Positions 52,201 through 64,000 of a stretch of DNA of 64,000 nt are shown one piece after another (positions within the stretch are counted from its first letter, which is position 1; each line of letters begins with the position of its first letter). Source of the stretch: Ascidiella aspersa (taxonomy: Eukaryota). A program made the position numbers and the translations under genes. The notes beneath the pieces are model-generated. The model had not been told where the DNA came from. It saw nothing but the letters and a program-made list of their open reading frames with translations, and did no database searches. The stretch lies in NCBI GenBank assembly GCA_963924565.1, contig OZ004609.1, forward strand, positions 26,846,001 through 26,910,000. The letters run 5' to 3'.

Positions 52201-55200
52201 GTTGTTTAATGTGGCGAACTTACTGTAAGTTGACGAGATTAAACCTAAATGCTATCGCATTTACCAAAAATATTTCAGAATAAATATAATAATTTTCACC
52301 GGAAATATGTTGCAAAACTCGGTGTTCGGACTTATCCGTGAATTTCGTTTTATGCGAAATGCTACCTAGTTTTAATAGGTCGTAAACAAATGTTTACGTC
52401 GCAACTTGCTTTGCAGTTTGCCTCAGAAAAGGCCAAGTGCCGCATGTGTGCAAGCCATGCGACCGCGACTGTAGGTTCGCATACAACCCAATCGCCTGCC
52501 GCCAGCCGTGCAAACCGGGCTGCGCGTGCCGCAAAGACTTCTACTGGAACTCGAAGAAAAACATGTGCGTAAGAAAGAACCAGTGTCCACGCCCAGCAGG
52601 TAAGTGATATCAAGATTTCTAAGAAAAAAATAATAAAAAGAAAAAGTCTAATCTTCGCACTCCTCGACAAAAGTACAGTTATAGTTAGCGTATATAAATT
52701 AAACAGTAAACACTGTTACTAAACGCCGTTACTGTTTAATTTAAACAAGGCTTAATGCGCCACTTGTTCAGGGTGCCCAAACGGACAAATACCGCATCGG
52801 TGTAAGCCTTGTGGCCGAGATTGCAAGGACGCTCTCAAACCAACCAAGGTCTGCACTTTGGCCTGCAAGCCTGGATGTGCGTGTAGGAAAGACTTTTTCT
52901 GGCACCCCACTAGACGTACCTGTGTACGCAAGTCACAGTGTCCACGAAAACCTCCCTCACGTAAGTAGAAATACCATGTTAAAGATATTATTCCCCAGCA
53001 ATTCACAATAGCAATTACATCTTAGGATAAAACCAAAATAATAAAGTAATGGTTAGATATGCGTTATCTAAGGTTAAATGTGATTAATCATTAAAAGGAG
53101 GTTGTAGTTGAGATTCGAACAGTGTAGGTGCTGTTTTTGAGGTATTTATGAACCTAAATTAGAAATATTAGGCTATTTGAAATGTTTTCTGTACAGTTTC
53201 TTCTTGACCTGCTACGTTTTGTAAAAGAAAATAGCTTACAGCGTTCAGGTTCTACAGGCTGTAGAATACTAACTATTATTAACTGTAGGGCTGCACTTTT
53301 TAAGTTAAATTAGGGAAACACAACTACACAAAATTATGTTTCTCGAAATTTAGTTTTTTCAATTTTAAATCACTGTTCTAGGCAGCCTAGTATAAATTAA
53401 AATCGCCACTTGATTAGTTTGCCGCAACGGACAAGTGCTGCATCGATGTAAGCCTTGTGGCCGAGATTGTAAGGACGCCTTCAAACCAACCAAGATCTGC
53501 ACTTTGGCCTGCAAGCCTGGATGTGCGTGCAAGAAAGACTTCTTCTGGCACCCGATTAGGCGCACCTGTGTACGCAAATTACAGTGTCCACGAATACCTC
53601 CCTCACGTACGTAGAAATACCATGTTAAAGTGATTGTCGCCACAATAACTTACATCTTAGCATGAAACCAACAGATCAAATTCATTGTGTTGCTGTTGAA
53701 TATGCGCATTCTAAGGTAAAATGCGATTCATCCTTAAACAAAATAATAGTATATGTATTTGGAATTCGGACAGTTTAAGATTCTGTTTCAGGGTATTCAT
53801 CAAACTAAAAATTGGATTTTAAACTTGATTTATAATGGTGTTAGCACAGTTCCTGCTCGTCCTGCTAAACTTTGGGCGTAGAAAGCTCCCTGTAACAACA
53901 TACAAACAACACTAAATTTCCGAGAACCAACGCACTGTAAAATACGAAATTTGTAGAACAGAAATTAATTAATTTAATTCAGGAAGATAATATTACAAAA
54001 TTTTATTAGTTCTTCAAGTTGTTATTATATCAAAAAAAAAATTCCCGTCCCTAATAGGTTTAATGTCACTGTTCTAAATATTATAATATAACATTACCTT
54101 TTTCATCGCCACTTGTCCAGAGTGCCCCAGCGGACAAACGTTGTATCGGTGTAAGCCTTGTGGCCGAAATTGTAAGGACGCCCACAATCCGTTCAGTGTC
54201 TGCACTTTGGACTGTAAGCCTGGATGTGCGTGCAAGAATGACTTCTTCTGGCACCCGATTAGGCGTACCTGTGTACGCAAGTCACAGTGTCCAGGAAAAC
54301 CCCCTTCCAGTAAGTAGAGAAATGCCGTGTTAAATTAACTTGCCGCCAGCACTCCACGATAGCTTACATTTTAGCATGGAACCAAAATATTAAACTCACT
54401 GTGTTACTGGTTAGATATGCGTTATTCAAGCTTAAATGTGAATAATTATTTAATAAACAAGCAGTTATAGTTGTGATTTGTAGAATTTTAGATTTAGTTT
54501 CAGGGTATTGATCAAACAAAAAATTAAATTTTAAACTTGATTTGAAATGGTGTTAGCACATAGTTTCTGCTTATCCTGCTAAAATTTTCATTAACAACAG
54601 ACAAACAACGCTAAGTTTCCGAGGACCCTACCACTGTAAGACGAAAGTTATTTGTAGAACAGAAACATATTTATTTAACTTAGGAAAATATTATTACAAA
54701 AGCTTGGTATTTCCTCAAGTTGTTATTATTCCAAAGCTTTCCTCCCGACTCTAATAGGTTGAATGTCACTGATTTCAAAAATTATAAAGAAAAAAATCTC
54801 ATCGCGACTTGTTCAGGCTGCCCCAGCGGACAAGTGCTGCATCGGTGTAAGCCTTGTGGTCGAGATTGTAAGGACGCCCACAATCCGTTCAGTGTCTGCA
54901 CTTTGGGCTGCAAGCCTGGATGTGCGTGCAAGAGAGACTTCTTCTGGCACCCGATTAGGCGTACCTGTGTACGCAAGTCGCAGTGTCCACGAAAAATCCC
55001 CTCCGGTAAGTATAGAAATGCCATGTTAAACTAATGTGTCCCCGACACTCCATAATCTCTTACATCTCAGCTTGAAACCAAAATATTATATTCATTGTGT
55101 TACTGTTAAATATGCGTTTTCTAAGGTAAGTTTCGTTTCATCCTTAAAAAAAAGCAGTTATTCATGTAGGGATTTGAACAGTGTAGTATAGATGCTGTTT

Positions 55201-56119
55201 TTATTTTATAACCTAAATTGTGGATTTCGAGCTAAATCTAAATTTTGTCCGCCGCGCGGTGAGTGAAAAACGAATCCTAAATATTCTCGAGACTGTACCC
55301 TATGTGCCACCAAACAAATCATATGTTGCATTGTTGGAAATTGTTTATTCCTCCGTTTCTAAAAATCAGCTTAAAAAAAAAGATAATAACCTCTACACTT
55401 TGAAATAAATACATATATATGTACACTGTGCCTGTCACTTTATGGTTGTTAAAATATTTACGTCCGATAGTGCAGCAACCAGTTGTGTACTGTAGGTACA
55501 CTTACCTGATCAAAATGACCGGTGTAACCAACCCCCTAGCAAAATCTTGACTATAAGGCCGCCTAAGCGTCCACCCGCTACTATAAAATCTGTTTTGACA
55601 AGGCACTGCACAAACTCCTTTTTTGCAGCACCTTTTTTAACAGGCGCTATTTAACTATTCGCAGTCGTGCCAAAATGTCCCCCCACCCAAGTCTACTCCA
55701 GCAAATGCATTCGTTGCGTGCCAAAGTGTCCCGGCCCAGTGCCAACCATCACTCCTTGCACGAAGCCCTGCATTTCCAGGTGCACTTGTCCCCCTCGAAA
55801 GTTCCTCAACCCCATAAGTCAGCGGTGTGTTTCGTTGGCGAAATGCCCCCGGGTTATAGGTAAGTGTTTAAACTGCACGCTGCTCGAAAAGCTCATTTTA
55901 CTCCTGTAAATAATAAACAGAATCTATAAGAAGCACGACTTCCAGATAATTGGCTAATAAATGGTAGAGTTAATTGAACAAAATAGTTGCGCAATACTCG
56001 TTCCTTAGTCAGAATACTACTTTTGTTCTACGATACAAAGCAAACCTGATAGATAAACATTTTAATTCATAAGATACTTCGTGTTATCCAAGTTTAACTC
56101 GTTTCTGTTTTTAGGATAA
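43275..56119 (+). CDS. Secreted cysteine-rich multidomain protein: 11 TIL (trypsin-inhibitor-like) domains plus 3 CGGC modules, 16 exons, 859 aa
   Basis: Exons: 43275-43371 (signal MKLVVSLCLTFALISIVLA plus polyPro), 45900-46064, 46431-46589, 47401-47568, 48038-48205, 48748-48909, 49326-49499, 50528-50689, 51661-51846, 52417-52599, 52772-52960, 53418-53606, 54121-54309, 54817-55005, 55665-55859 and 56115-56119 (GA TAA). All introns are GT-AG phase 1 and all internal exon lengths are multiples of 3. TIL-type spacing is C-x8-C-x2-C-x3-C-x7/8-C-x3-C-x3-C-x-C-x12-C-x5-C. Confidence 0.9.
44247..44645. mobile_element. hAT-type MITE in intron 1 of the TIL gene
   Basis: Perfect 15-bp TIRs CAGTGGTCGGCAAAC/GTTTGCCGACCACTG, flanks cgttacac/cgttgcac. 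Confidence 0.85.
52750..55200 (+). repeat. Four tandem exon+intron units of about 650-700 bp
   Basis: Four 189-bp exons of high identity. Intron sequence is also alignable (gtaagtagaaataccatgttaaa...ttacatcttag...gaaacca...tatgcg...ctaagg). Confidence 0.9.
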
Positions 56120-56585
56120 TCGTCAACAAAGAAAATATCAAGCAGCTGTTTCGACTCCTTTCTGTGGATCCAACAGACGACGATGTTTATTCGTTACACA
56201 AATTTCACCATCAAATATACGTCACTCAAAGCATATGTAACATGTCTGTAATAACATAGTGTTTTGAAGCAACCGACCTTCCAGAGAAGCTTAGAAGCCT
56301 TAGATAAACGTTTCGTTTATTCAGTGAATGCTACAGCTTTAATATTGAAAGGAGGTTATTTGCATATAATAAAACATCGAAAGACGTTGAATTCACGAGG
56401 CTGCAATGGTAATAAACTTACGTTTAGAATAACGTACACCTCTGACAAGGCTTTGCGTCAATATATGTTCATACTGAGGACCTAATAAAAAATGCTACTC
56501 AAATTAAATTGCGAGAACGAAAGTACTCTTTTGGACTTTAAAACAGTCACAGAACCAAAAATCCAAGAAATCACTCGATATGATT

Positions 56586-59331
56586 TCACACCTTTCGGTA
56601 AACGTAGAGCTTCGTGGTCAGGTTGTCGATGTTTTTTAGATGGATGACCTCCTTCATTTCGGCCAGCTCAGCCTCCTTGTTGTTTATTAACTCGTTGGTG
56701 ACATCCTCGAGTTGCGCTAAGTAGGTTTCGACTCCGGCATGTCCTCTGTTCCTCAGGTTGAAAATGAGGTATCCGCCTCGCTTCACAAGCTTAAGCATGC
56801 CCTGTTGGTAAAAGCACGTAGTAGTTTTGACAAATGCAATGCGTCTCAAGGGCAGCAAACATCGACAAGTTTGTTGCTTTCCGAATAATGAACAACCCCA
56901 AAGTTAGACCACGAGGAAAATTAACGTAAGGCCTAATTACAAATTTAACAATTATATTAGACAGATGATCGTCAAGTAGGCCTATGTCTTTAGCTTGAAC
57001 GCTTGGTTAAAAATGTTATATTTTTGGAACGACGTTTGTCCAACTTTTTTCGCGGCGACCCATACATATACTAAGCGCTACTATAACAGCAAAGCCAACT
57101 ATCTTCACTAAATATTCTGTGGGCTTATAAAGTAAACAAACATAAATAGGACAGCAATAATAAATTAAATGTAATTAATATGAGCCATGACTTTTCCGTC
57201 CGCAATTGTCTCAAATTTTAGAGAAATCTCGCTGAGAACCAATCCTAATAAACCTAACCGTATATAACTAGTGCAGTTGACCCTCCAACCAAATTAAACG
57301 CCGGGCCAATTTTAGGTATCGGCCCATGGGTTAAGAAACAATGTTTTAGAACTTGAACCACAAAAAGTGTGGTTTGGAAATAAGCACTTCTAAGCTATGA
57401 ATTACGTTTTAAAAAATATTTTAAAACATAAATTAAGAAACAACATTTTGATAATATTTTGCAAATAAGTGTTTTCTATAGCCAAAATACACAGCATATA
57501 GAGCAAATTAAGTGCTATCAAAACGTTTGATTTTATTCGTTTAATACAGTGATACAGACCTTAATAGATTGCGGCGGCAAGTGATTAGGATATAACGATC
57601 CCACACATGTGACAGCGTCGTAGGAATCTTCAGGCAATGGGATGTTTTCTTCTACCATGTGGCAAATGATTAACCTAATAACGAATTAGTCGTGATTAAT
57701 TAGGTAAACCATTTCTAAGTTTTAAGTCCATTTCCCCCCTTTATAAATCCTTTTATGATTTTAGTGATAAGGTTAAAAGGTACAATAAAACGACAGGCAG
57801 ACATGATAAATGTAAACGTTCTAGGTTATAATGTAATTTGCATAGGGGCGTTAAATTTTTCGAAGTTTCCTTTTTTAAGACCCAAATATTTCGCCGGCAT
57901 AAAATGCATCCAGATATACTAAGGCTAAGCCAAACCTTCATTATTGATAGTTGCAGGGTATAAGGCGCTTTTGAGAAAAAAAATGTATCAACGTAGTTAA
58001 AATACCCAGAAAAACATGGACTTTGCCTCGTGCTCAGTTTATAAAAAGAGGTGGCGGGTCTTATGATTTACACTCGCGAAATTTGTCGCCCCTGATCTAG
58101 TTTAACAAAGTGTTGCAGAAAAATCAGCTATTTTCCATTTATTTAAATTCAGTTTCCTTAAATTTGTTTTTTACGTAAATAGTAGATGCAGAGATGTTTC
58201 ACGATTAATAAAAAAATCTGTTTTCTTGTTTCGAGTTTTCAGCTTTTATGAAAAGTCTACAGCTAAAAAAAAACGTATTGAAAAACCTGTGAATTAAGAG
58301 ACTTAATATTGCTTTGAGGTCGCCTCATTTAAACCTTTGACCATGCACCAGTAAGTAACTAAATTGCGAGGTTTTTTAATTATAAGAAACGTCACCTTAA
58401 AGCTAATTCTCTTTTACTTGCAACGCAAAGCATTTCCATGTTGGCGTCCAAAATGTCGATAATCCCTTTATAATTTCCAGTCTTGCGCAAATGAAACGGT
58501 ACGATCCCAGTACCTTTTAAAACATAATATGTACCGGATGTGTTAAATATACTTAATTGTGATAAATGTTCTACGATACACTAATGCAGTGGTCGGCAAC
58601 TGTGGGCCGCGGCCCAAAAGTAGGCATTTAAGCTATTTTTAGTGGGCCACTGGCTTATTTTTTAATATTTTAGTTTTTTCATGCAGTTGGGGCCGCGTGA
58701 TAGCGGTACATTCACTATACTGTATTTTAAAAACAGGGTGCCTGAAAGTTTTTTTTCTTTTGCTTATAGTTGCATCACACCGTGCAATCAACGCCTATCT
58801 ATAAGATCTATAAGATAGGCGTTGGTGCTATGCACCCTCCAAAAAATGTCAATAGCTCTTGAAATAGACTTCAATAGCTCTTGAAAAAGCATTTTGGGCG
58901 ACAAATGCGTTTACCTACCACTGCACTAGTGTTTCAATTTTGAAATAGAAGGTTATGAAATGTAAATTGTTGGTGTATTTCAAATAAAAGTTCTGGTTTT
59001 GCTAAAGCCTAGGTAAAATTTTGTCTAGTAAAATCAAAATACGAACTTAAACAAGCTGCAAATCGCTACACAAAAACTTAAACAAAAAATGTCGCGTTCG
59101 TCTACCTCCCGCAACGTCTAGTACAGAGCTAGTCTTCGAATTGTCGATGTACTTCAAGCAGACCAGTGCAGCCTCGCGAGTAACAATCAAACCCTGGTCG
59201 ACAGATTGCTGGTCGTATAACTCCGCCCGTCTCGTGTAAGCAGCCTGCGACTCTTCAAATGACTTTACCGCCAATCCAGAATCAGCAGCTTTCTTTGCCT
59301 CCACTGCAGGGTCGTTGCTACCTTTCTCCAT
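56586..59331 (-). CDS. METTL27: METTL27/WBSCR27-like class I SAM-dependent methyltransferase, 4 exons, 224 aa
   Basis: Exons: 59331-59106, 58513-58396, 57674-57560 and 56801-56586, with phases 1, 2, 0. Motif I VLDVAG|GTG spans intron 1. Also present are the N-terminal AYTRRAELYDQ, IDILDANMEML, SYDAVTCVGSL..NH and LVKRGGYLIF motifs. The family assignment is from recalled motif similarity, not a search. Confidence 0.8.
58587..58923. mobile_element. hAT-type MITE in intron 1 of the METTL27-like gene
   Basis: TIRs CAGTGGTCGGCAAC and TTTACCTACCACTG, flanks cactaatg/cactagtg, internal hairpin caacgcctatct..agataggcgttg. Confidence 0.75.
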
Positions 59332-60359
59332 TTTTTTGTTTTTATAAAACTGAACTAAACACACTTAAACAAAAAATGGTACCGTTACGCAGTTTTGTTT
59401 TGTGTTAGAGATTGTAAATTGAGGTTTACCAACTTACAAAAATAACCTGTAACTTGAAGAAAACTTACAAGTTAAGAACTTACGACTGATCAAGGTTTCG
59501 ATTGACAATAAAGAACTTTTTATAACCAAAAGTGGAAGTAGATTATTTCAAACATTCTATATTAACATTTTCATTTGAAAAAATACCGATTCAAGTTTTG
59601 TAGAAATAAGTTGACTATATTTTCTGGCAAACTTCACACTAACTGCTCAATGCAAATTCAGCATTTTACTTCTTTCTATTGCAATTCTAGTGTAACAGGC
59701 ATCAAGCCCCATTCGCTAAGGCATGTCTGCCATTCAACCAGCCTCCATAGTTTTAAGCGTTAAAAACTGCTGTTTATACCACGAAAATTTAACATTTACT
59801 CTTTTGCCCCTGTGCAAACTAACCTATCTTGATTGTTTCTACTGGGCCTGATTAAATTTGATTTTATCGGTCTCACAGCAATGCAACAAACCGCTTAACC
59901 TGAACATTGCTTCACGCAAAATATTGTGCCAAACGATAGTTAAAAATATTTCGTTGAAATGGTGTGATGTCGGTAAAAAAGGTGCTTGGGCGCGTAAAGA
60001 ATGGCACGCACACACACACACACGTGTGCATACTGCAACCATTTCAAGTTAATCACGATTAAACACACACACGCGTGCGCGTTTGTTGATTTTTTTTGTC
60101 ACTGTTTAGCTGTAGTAGGGTGTCAAATTGGGTTCGCACTTACGTAACGTTACGTTACGTGCTGTGGCGTATGTGCAGAAAAATGCGAATGGCCGCTCTG
60201 AGAATAAGTATACTGTATTAACTGGACTGTAGTTTGCAAAATGTTAAATATTAGGTTGGCTAGCTTGGTATTTTAAATTGTGGCAAACCTAATTTACTAA
60301 AACAACAACGCTTTTTTCCGCTTGTCTAGAATTCTACAATTTATCCATGTACAGAAACG

Positions 60360-60554
60360 AAACCAGTTGTCATAATAATTATATTATACTTAAGTCGCCC
60401 GAACCCAAACGCTAACACGCACCCTAACCGAAATAATGGGCGTTGATTTAACAACTACATTCGTTTAGTTTACTGTTCGGGTTCGTGTTTGGTGGGTCAA
60501 GTAATTTTGTATTTATTCTCCTAGTTTGCAATTTTTAATTTGACAACTGGTTTT
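60360..60554. mobile_element. Palindromic CCCTAACC-type MITE-like element (copy 3, diverged)
   Basis: Arms AAAACCAGTTGTCA/TGACAACTGGTTTT with internal cccaaacgctaac..accctaacc. Confidence 0.55.
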
Positions 60555-61089
60555 GTTACTGCAACCAAAAACAAATCGATTCGATTTATACCAGCGACCG
60601 CTTTTTTGGATTAAGAGTAAAACAACATATTTGTTTAGTCCTACTGTTTTCTTACAGTTTCTCTAGCCTGGGGTGGTTAAAGCATTTCGGAAAACAAAGT
60701 AATTTGCTAATATAGTTTACGAGCCACACAAACTAAACTAGTTGTGTCAATAGAAAACGTAAGCGGCTTAGTTAAGAGTTTAACACGTAATTAAACAATT
60801 TATACTTATTTGCTGTTTATGTATAGCTTAACTTGGTTAAAAAAGTCTATAATGGTACTTATATAAAAACGTTGGAAAATCACTGAATTGAACAATTTTA
60901 CGCAAACACGAAGAAAGATGCGCGAACCACATGTGGCCGAAAGCCTGGATTTGGATAACCCTCCTCTAGGTAACTATAGAACCTTGGTTAGTAGCGTCTT
61001 AATCAGTGGTTCTCAAACTTTTTCATCACCAATTCCTCTCCAGCAAAAAAACATTATTTCTGGTCAAACTGGGAAACTCACGACAAGCC

Positions 61090-61545
61090 GAAACAAACTA
61101 AGATACGACTCAAGGACACACTAATCAGCGTTGCGCTTATCGGCTGTGAAACATGGACATTAACGTATCACAAAAAATAAAATATTACTAGTTGTTTTGA
61201 GATAGACATCTGCTTGAATGCGAAATTGCAATACCATACCACCAAACATCAATCGATTGAAGTTAGGGCAAAAACCAAAAGCCTAATAAATAGGATTTTA
61301 CAGTAAGAACATGCATACTTCGGTCATGTTACTCGACGAAACAGTCGGAGAAACAGTGCATGTAAATAAGGACGTGTTGCTGATCGCGGTGGCATGGGAT
61401 ATCGAAGGGAAGAGGAATGATAACATTAGAATCTAGAAGGTAATTGCAATGAAAGTCTTCACGATTTGACTATAATGCTGTTAAGGACAGAGTCATGTGT
61501 AACTATTTCTCATTTAGAATCGCCAAAGGACGACTGAAGAAGGAT
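61090..61545 (+). mobile_element. Degenerate 3' fragment of an RTE-like non-LTR retrotransposon ORF
   Basis: Translation from 61097 gives TKIRLKDTLISVALIGCETWTLT, and YFGHVTRR follows at about 61317. Both motifs are typical of the region C-terminal to RT in RTE-clade LINEs. Stops and frameshifts are present. Confidence 0.7.
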
Positions 61546-61954
61546 GAAACCTCGCAGTTGCGCTTCGTTTTTTGATACCTGAAGTCCATGTGTTAATCCC
61601 CAGTTCACGAACCCCTGTTGTATTCGTAGAAATCTACAGGTGGGTATAGTTTGGATGCGCTAATCGTCCTTTTAAATAACTTTTGTTACCCACTTTTTTT
61701 TCTTTTATTTTTCCACTTTTCTAACTGTTATCGCTAAAATCTCAACTGAGATAAATTCTGTTGTACCTTTAACGAATGTTTTTTAACTTCAAAAAGGCTT
61801 GACCTTATCATCACATCAGTAAACTTGAAATATAAACTGTTTGGTTTTTATTTAGCCTCTTAGGGGCGAAATACATGGACTAATAGACCATATATTTAAA
61901 AACTATCACATATCCAAAAATGTTCATAATCACCGGATTCTTAACAGCTTTAAA

Positions 61955-62162
61955 TAAACGTAGAGCCTTGTTGTCAGGTTGTCAATGTTTTTTAGATAGA
62001 TGACCTCCTTTATTTGTTGCCAGGTTTGCCTCCTTGTTGTTTATTAACTCGTTGGTAACATCCTCGAGTGCGCGCCAAGTAGGTTTCGACTCCGGCGTGT
62101 CCTCTGTTCCTTAGGTTGAAGATGAGATATCCGCCGAGCATTACAAACTTAAGCATGCCCCG
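61955..62162 (-). pseudogene. Degenerate duplicate of the last exon of the METTL27-like gene
   Basis: Aligns to 56598-56804 (GMLKFVMLGGYLIFNLRNRGHAGVETYLA...). The acceptor CAG is changed to CGG at 62161 and there are two +1 indels, near 62070 and 62015. Confidence 0.8.
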
Positions 62163-62871
62163 TGCGTGAAAACGTATGAGGATCTAAACACAAATCTTTC
62201 GTCTTTAAAAGGAAGACATGGACACGGGTTGTGTCCTCATAAGCATCGTCATCCGGCCCGCGACTAATTGGACTTTTTTAAGGTTTTTATCTTGATTTTA
62301 AAACATTTATGCAATAAAATACATTTGTAAGGCAACCTCGCTTTTTCGTACACTATACAAGCAGATTATAATAGCAACGCATATTAATCACCACTTTGTT
62401 TCAGTTCCTCTTTATATTCCGATCCGCTTAAATATATTTTGTGCCCACAGTTTAAAACAATTGCCCACCCTTGCTATAAGGCAAAGGTTTTTACGTAAAG
62501 TGTGGTGCGTCATTCTGATGAGTAGTTTCAAAAAAACGTCGCACACTAACTGCGTCAATAAAATGCTTGCAAATATATTATTATCTCTGACTTGTAGATT
62601 TTTTCGAAATTATTCTTACAAAACCTACAGCTATTTTGATATTCTCTTACCAATAAACCAAAAAATAACACCAATAAAAAGTTCGTATCGGTGGGTGCAT
62701 CAAACTTTTCCAAAGAACAAAACTAGAACTACGCTACTGCTTTAAGGTAAGGCATCAAAACAACGTTAATGATAAACGATATAGTCTAAAGATATACGTG
62801 CCTTAAGGTAACTAATGCATTTACCAGTTGTTATAAAATCGTAGCCCATTGTATATGTTTTCAGTATTATT

Positions 62872-63333
62872 CAGTGTTGTAAACATGTTCTTTCGAAATG
62901 ACGTAAGTCCCAGCCAAGTCATTCGTAAAATACCTGAAGTCCAAGTAAAGTCTTTCTTTTTTAACTAAATAAATAAGTCCCGGTCGAAGTTATCGTTTGT
63001 ACAAGTCAAGTCCCAGTCAAGTCATAATTAGAGCAAGTCAATTTTATGTCAAGTTCTTGTTATAAAAAGAAAACGCTAAACTTATGAAACTGGTGAAATC
63101 CTCCGATTGTGAGCATTTACTGAAGTAAAACAAAGATAAACGCAATAAACAGCAAGCAAATTGTTTTATGTTCAAATCAGGACGAATAAGCCAATTTTAT
63201 AAAAAATAAATGCCTAATAAAAACACTTCTTTTTAATCCAAGGCTTTGGTCCGAAAGACTTAAGTCAAGTCAAGTCATTTAAAAATAGTGACTAAGTGCA
63301 CTGTCAAGTCAGTGACATGTCATCACAACACTG
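62872..63333. mobile_element. hAT-type MITE with AAGTCAAGTC subterminal repeats
   Basis: TIRs CAGTGTTGT/ACAACACTG, flanks gtattatt/gtattaat. Confidence 0.75.
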
Positions 63334-64000
63334 GTATTAATAGTAGGCCTATACCTTATTTAAGCAGTGACTTTAAAATAAGCGCAACTAGAAAATATTT
63401 TTACACAAGCACTTTATTAAGGAACTCTAGATTTAATAATCTTAGGCCTGTATTGTGAAACGCCAGACAAAAAGGTTAACAGACACATTTTGCCGAGCGG
63501 TCTTGGTTAAATACCTAACCTCGCGTGAAGGGATAGTCCGTCTTTCAGGTAGGCTATTCTTTGTATTCCTGCAAAAAAACGGGACATAACTTAGGCGTGC
63601 GTTACGATGCTTTTCGTAAACAAATTACCTTACAGATGAACTGCTTTAGGCCTATAAATTAATATTTTTAGCGAAAACTGTTTCCAACAATTGTTACATA
63701 CCAAAATAGCACGCCATCACGAATAACGTACCGTACGAAAATACTTTTTATAGCTACAGTTACAGTTCTAACTTAATCACACAATATACACCACGTCCAC
63801 CACTAAATAAATTTCCTCATCCGCAATTTACCCAAATAGTATCCCAGCAAACAATTTACCGTTGCGAAAACGTTTTTTATTGGACTATTTGAACTACCAA
63901 TAGCGTTGTTCCCGACCGTTGTTTTGCCGTAAAGTGTAGACTCCCAGCATCGTTTTTAAAACGACATATATTACGTCAATCTGACTTTCCTATAACGTTG

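Noticed and set aside
52750-55200. CRISPR-like or satellite array
   Set aside because: The repeats are spliceable coding exons with introns in a eukaryotic gene.
48748-55859. Vanabin or metallothionein identity for the Cys/Lys-rich repeats
   Set aside because: The cysteine spacing and the GCAC..W..CV....C signature fit TIL domains, not the regular C-x2-4-C vanabin pattern.
59345-59360. Acceptor-like tttagttcag about 20 nt upstream of the METTL27-like ATG (possible trans-splice site)
   Set aside because: Such strings are common in AT-rich DNA, and the organism and spliced-leader use are unconfirmed.
61530-61560. CTGAAGA...GAAA hammerhead-like string
   Set aside because: No stem II can form between the two core segments.
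62800-63960. Possible - strand exons (e.g. 63568-63520 with good AG/GT; YDFITTG-like segment near 62850) of the METTL27 duplicate or another gene
   Set aside because: Too short and not convincingly alignable; they cannot be supported without the adjacent sequence or RNA data.
1-64000. tRNA, rRNA or snRNA genes and autonomous transposase or RT ORFs
   Set aside because: None recognised by eye; a tRNAscan/Infernal run would be needed to exclude them.

Overview
Intron-rich invertebrate eukaryotic DNA; the gene style and mosaic CpG suggest an invertebrate chordate such as a tunicate, which is inference only. Four spliced genes can be assembled by hand with consistent GT-AG sites and phases. (1) A 2-exon neuregulin-like ErbB ligand on - (signal peptide, GGF2/NRG2-type N-terminal domain, Ig, EGF, TM; 435 aa). 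(2) The 3' eight exons of a coiled-coil protein on +, ending in the PDZ-type motif FTSV; its 5' end is not visible. (3) A 16-exon, 859-aa secreted cysteine-rich protein on +, made of one-exon phase-1 modules (11 TIL-like domains and 3 'CGGC' modules) with a recent exon-intron tandem expansion. (4) A 4-exon METTL27/WBSCR27-like methyltransferase on -, followed by a frameshifted duplicate of its last exon. Non-coding DNA holds many hAT-type MITEs with near-matching 8-bp TSDs, a palindromic GGTTAGG element family, an RTE-like LINE fragment, and two unrelated inverted repeats that each carry outward-facing minimal hammerhead-ribozyme motifs of the Penelope type. Most ORFs in the supplied track are spurious. 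All alignments and counts were done by eye.
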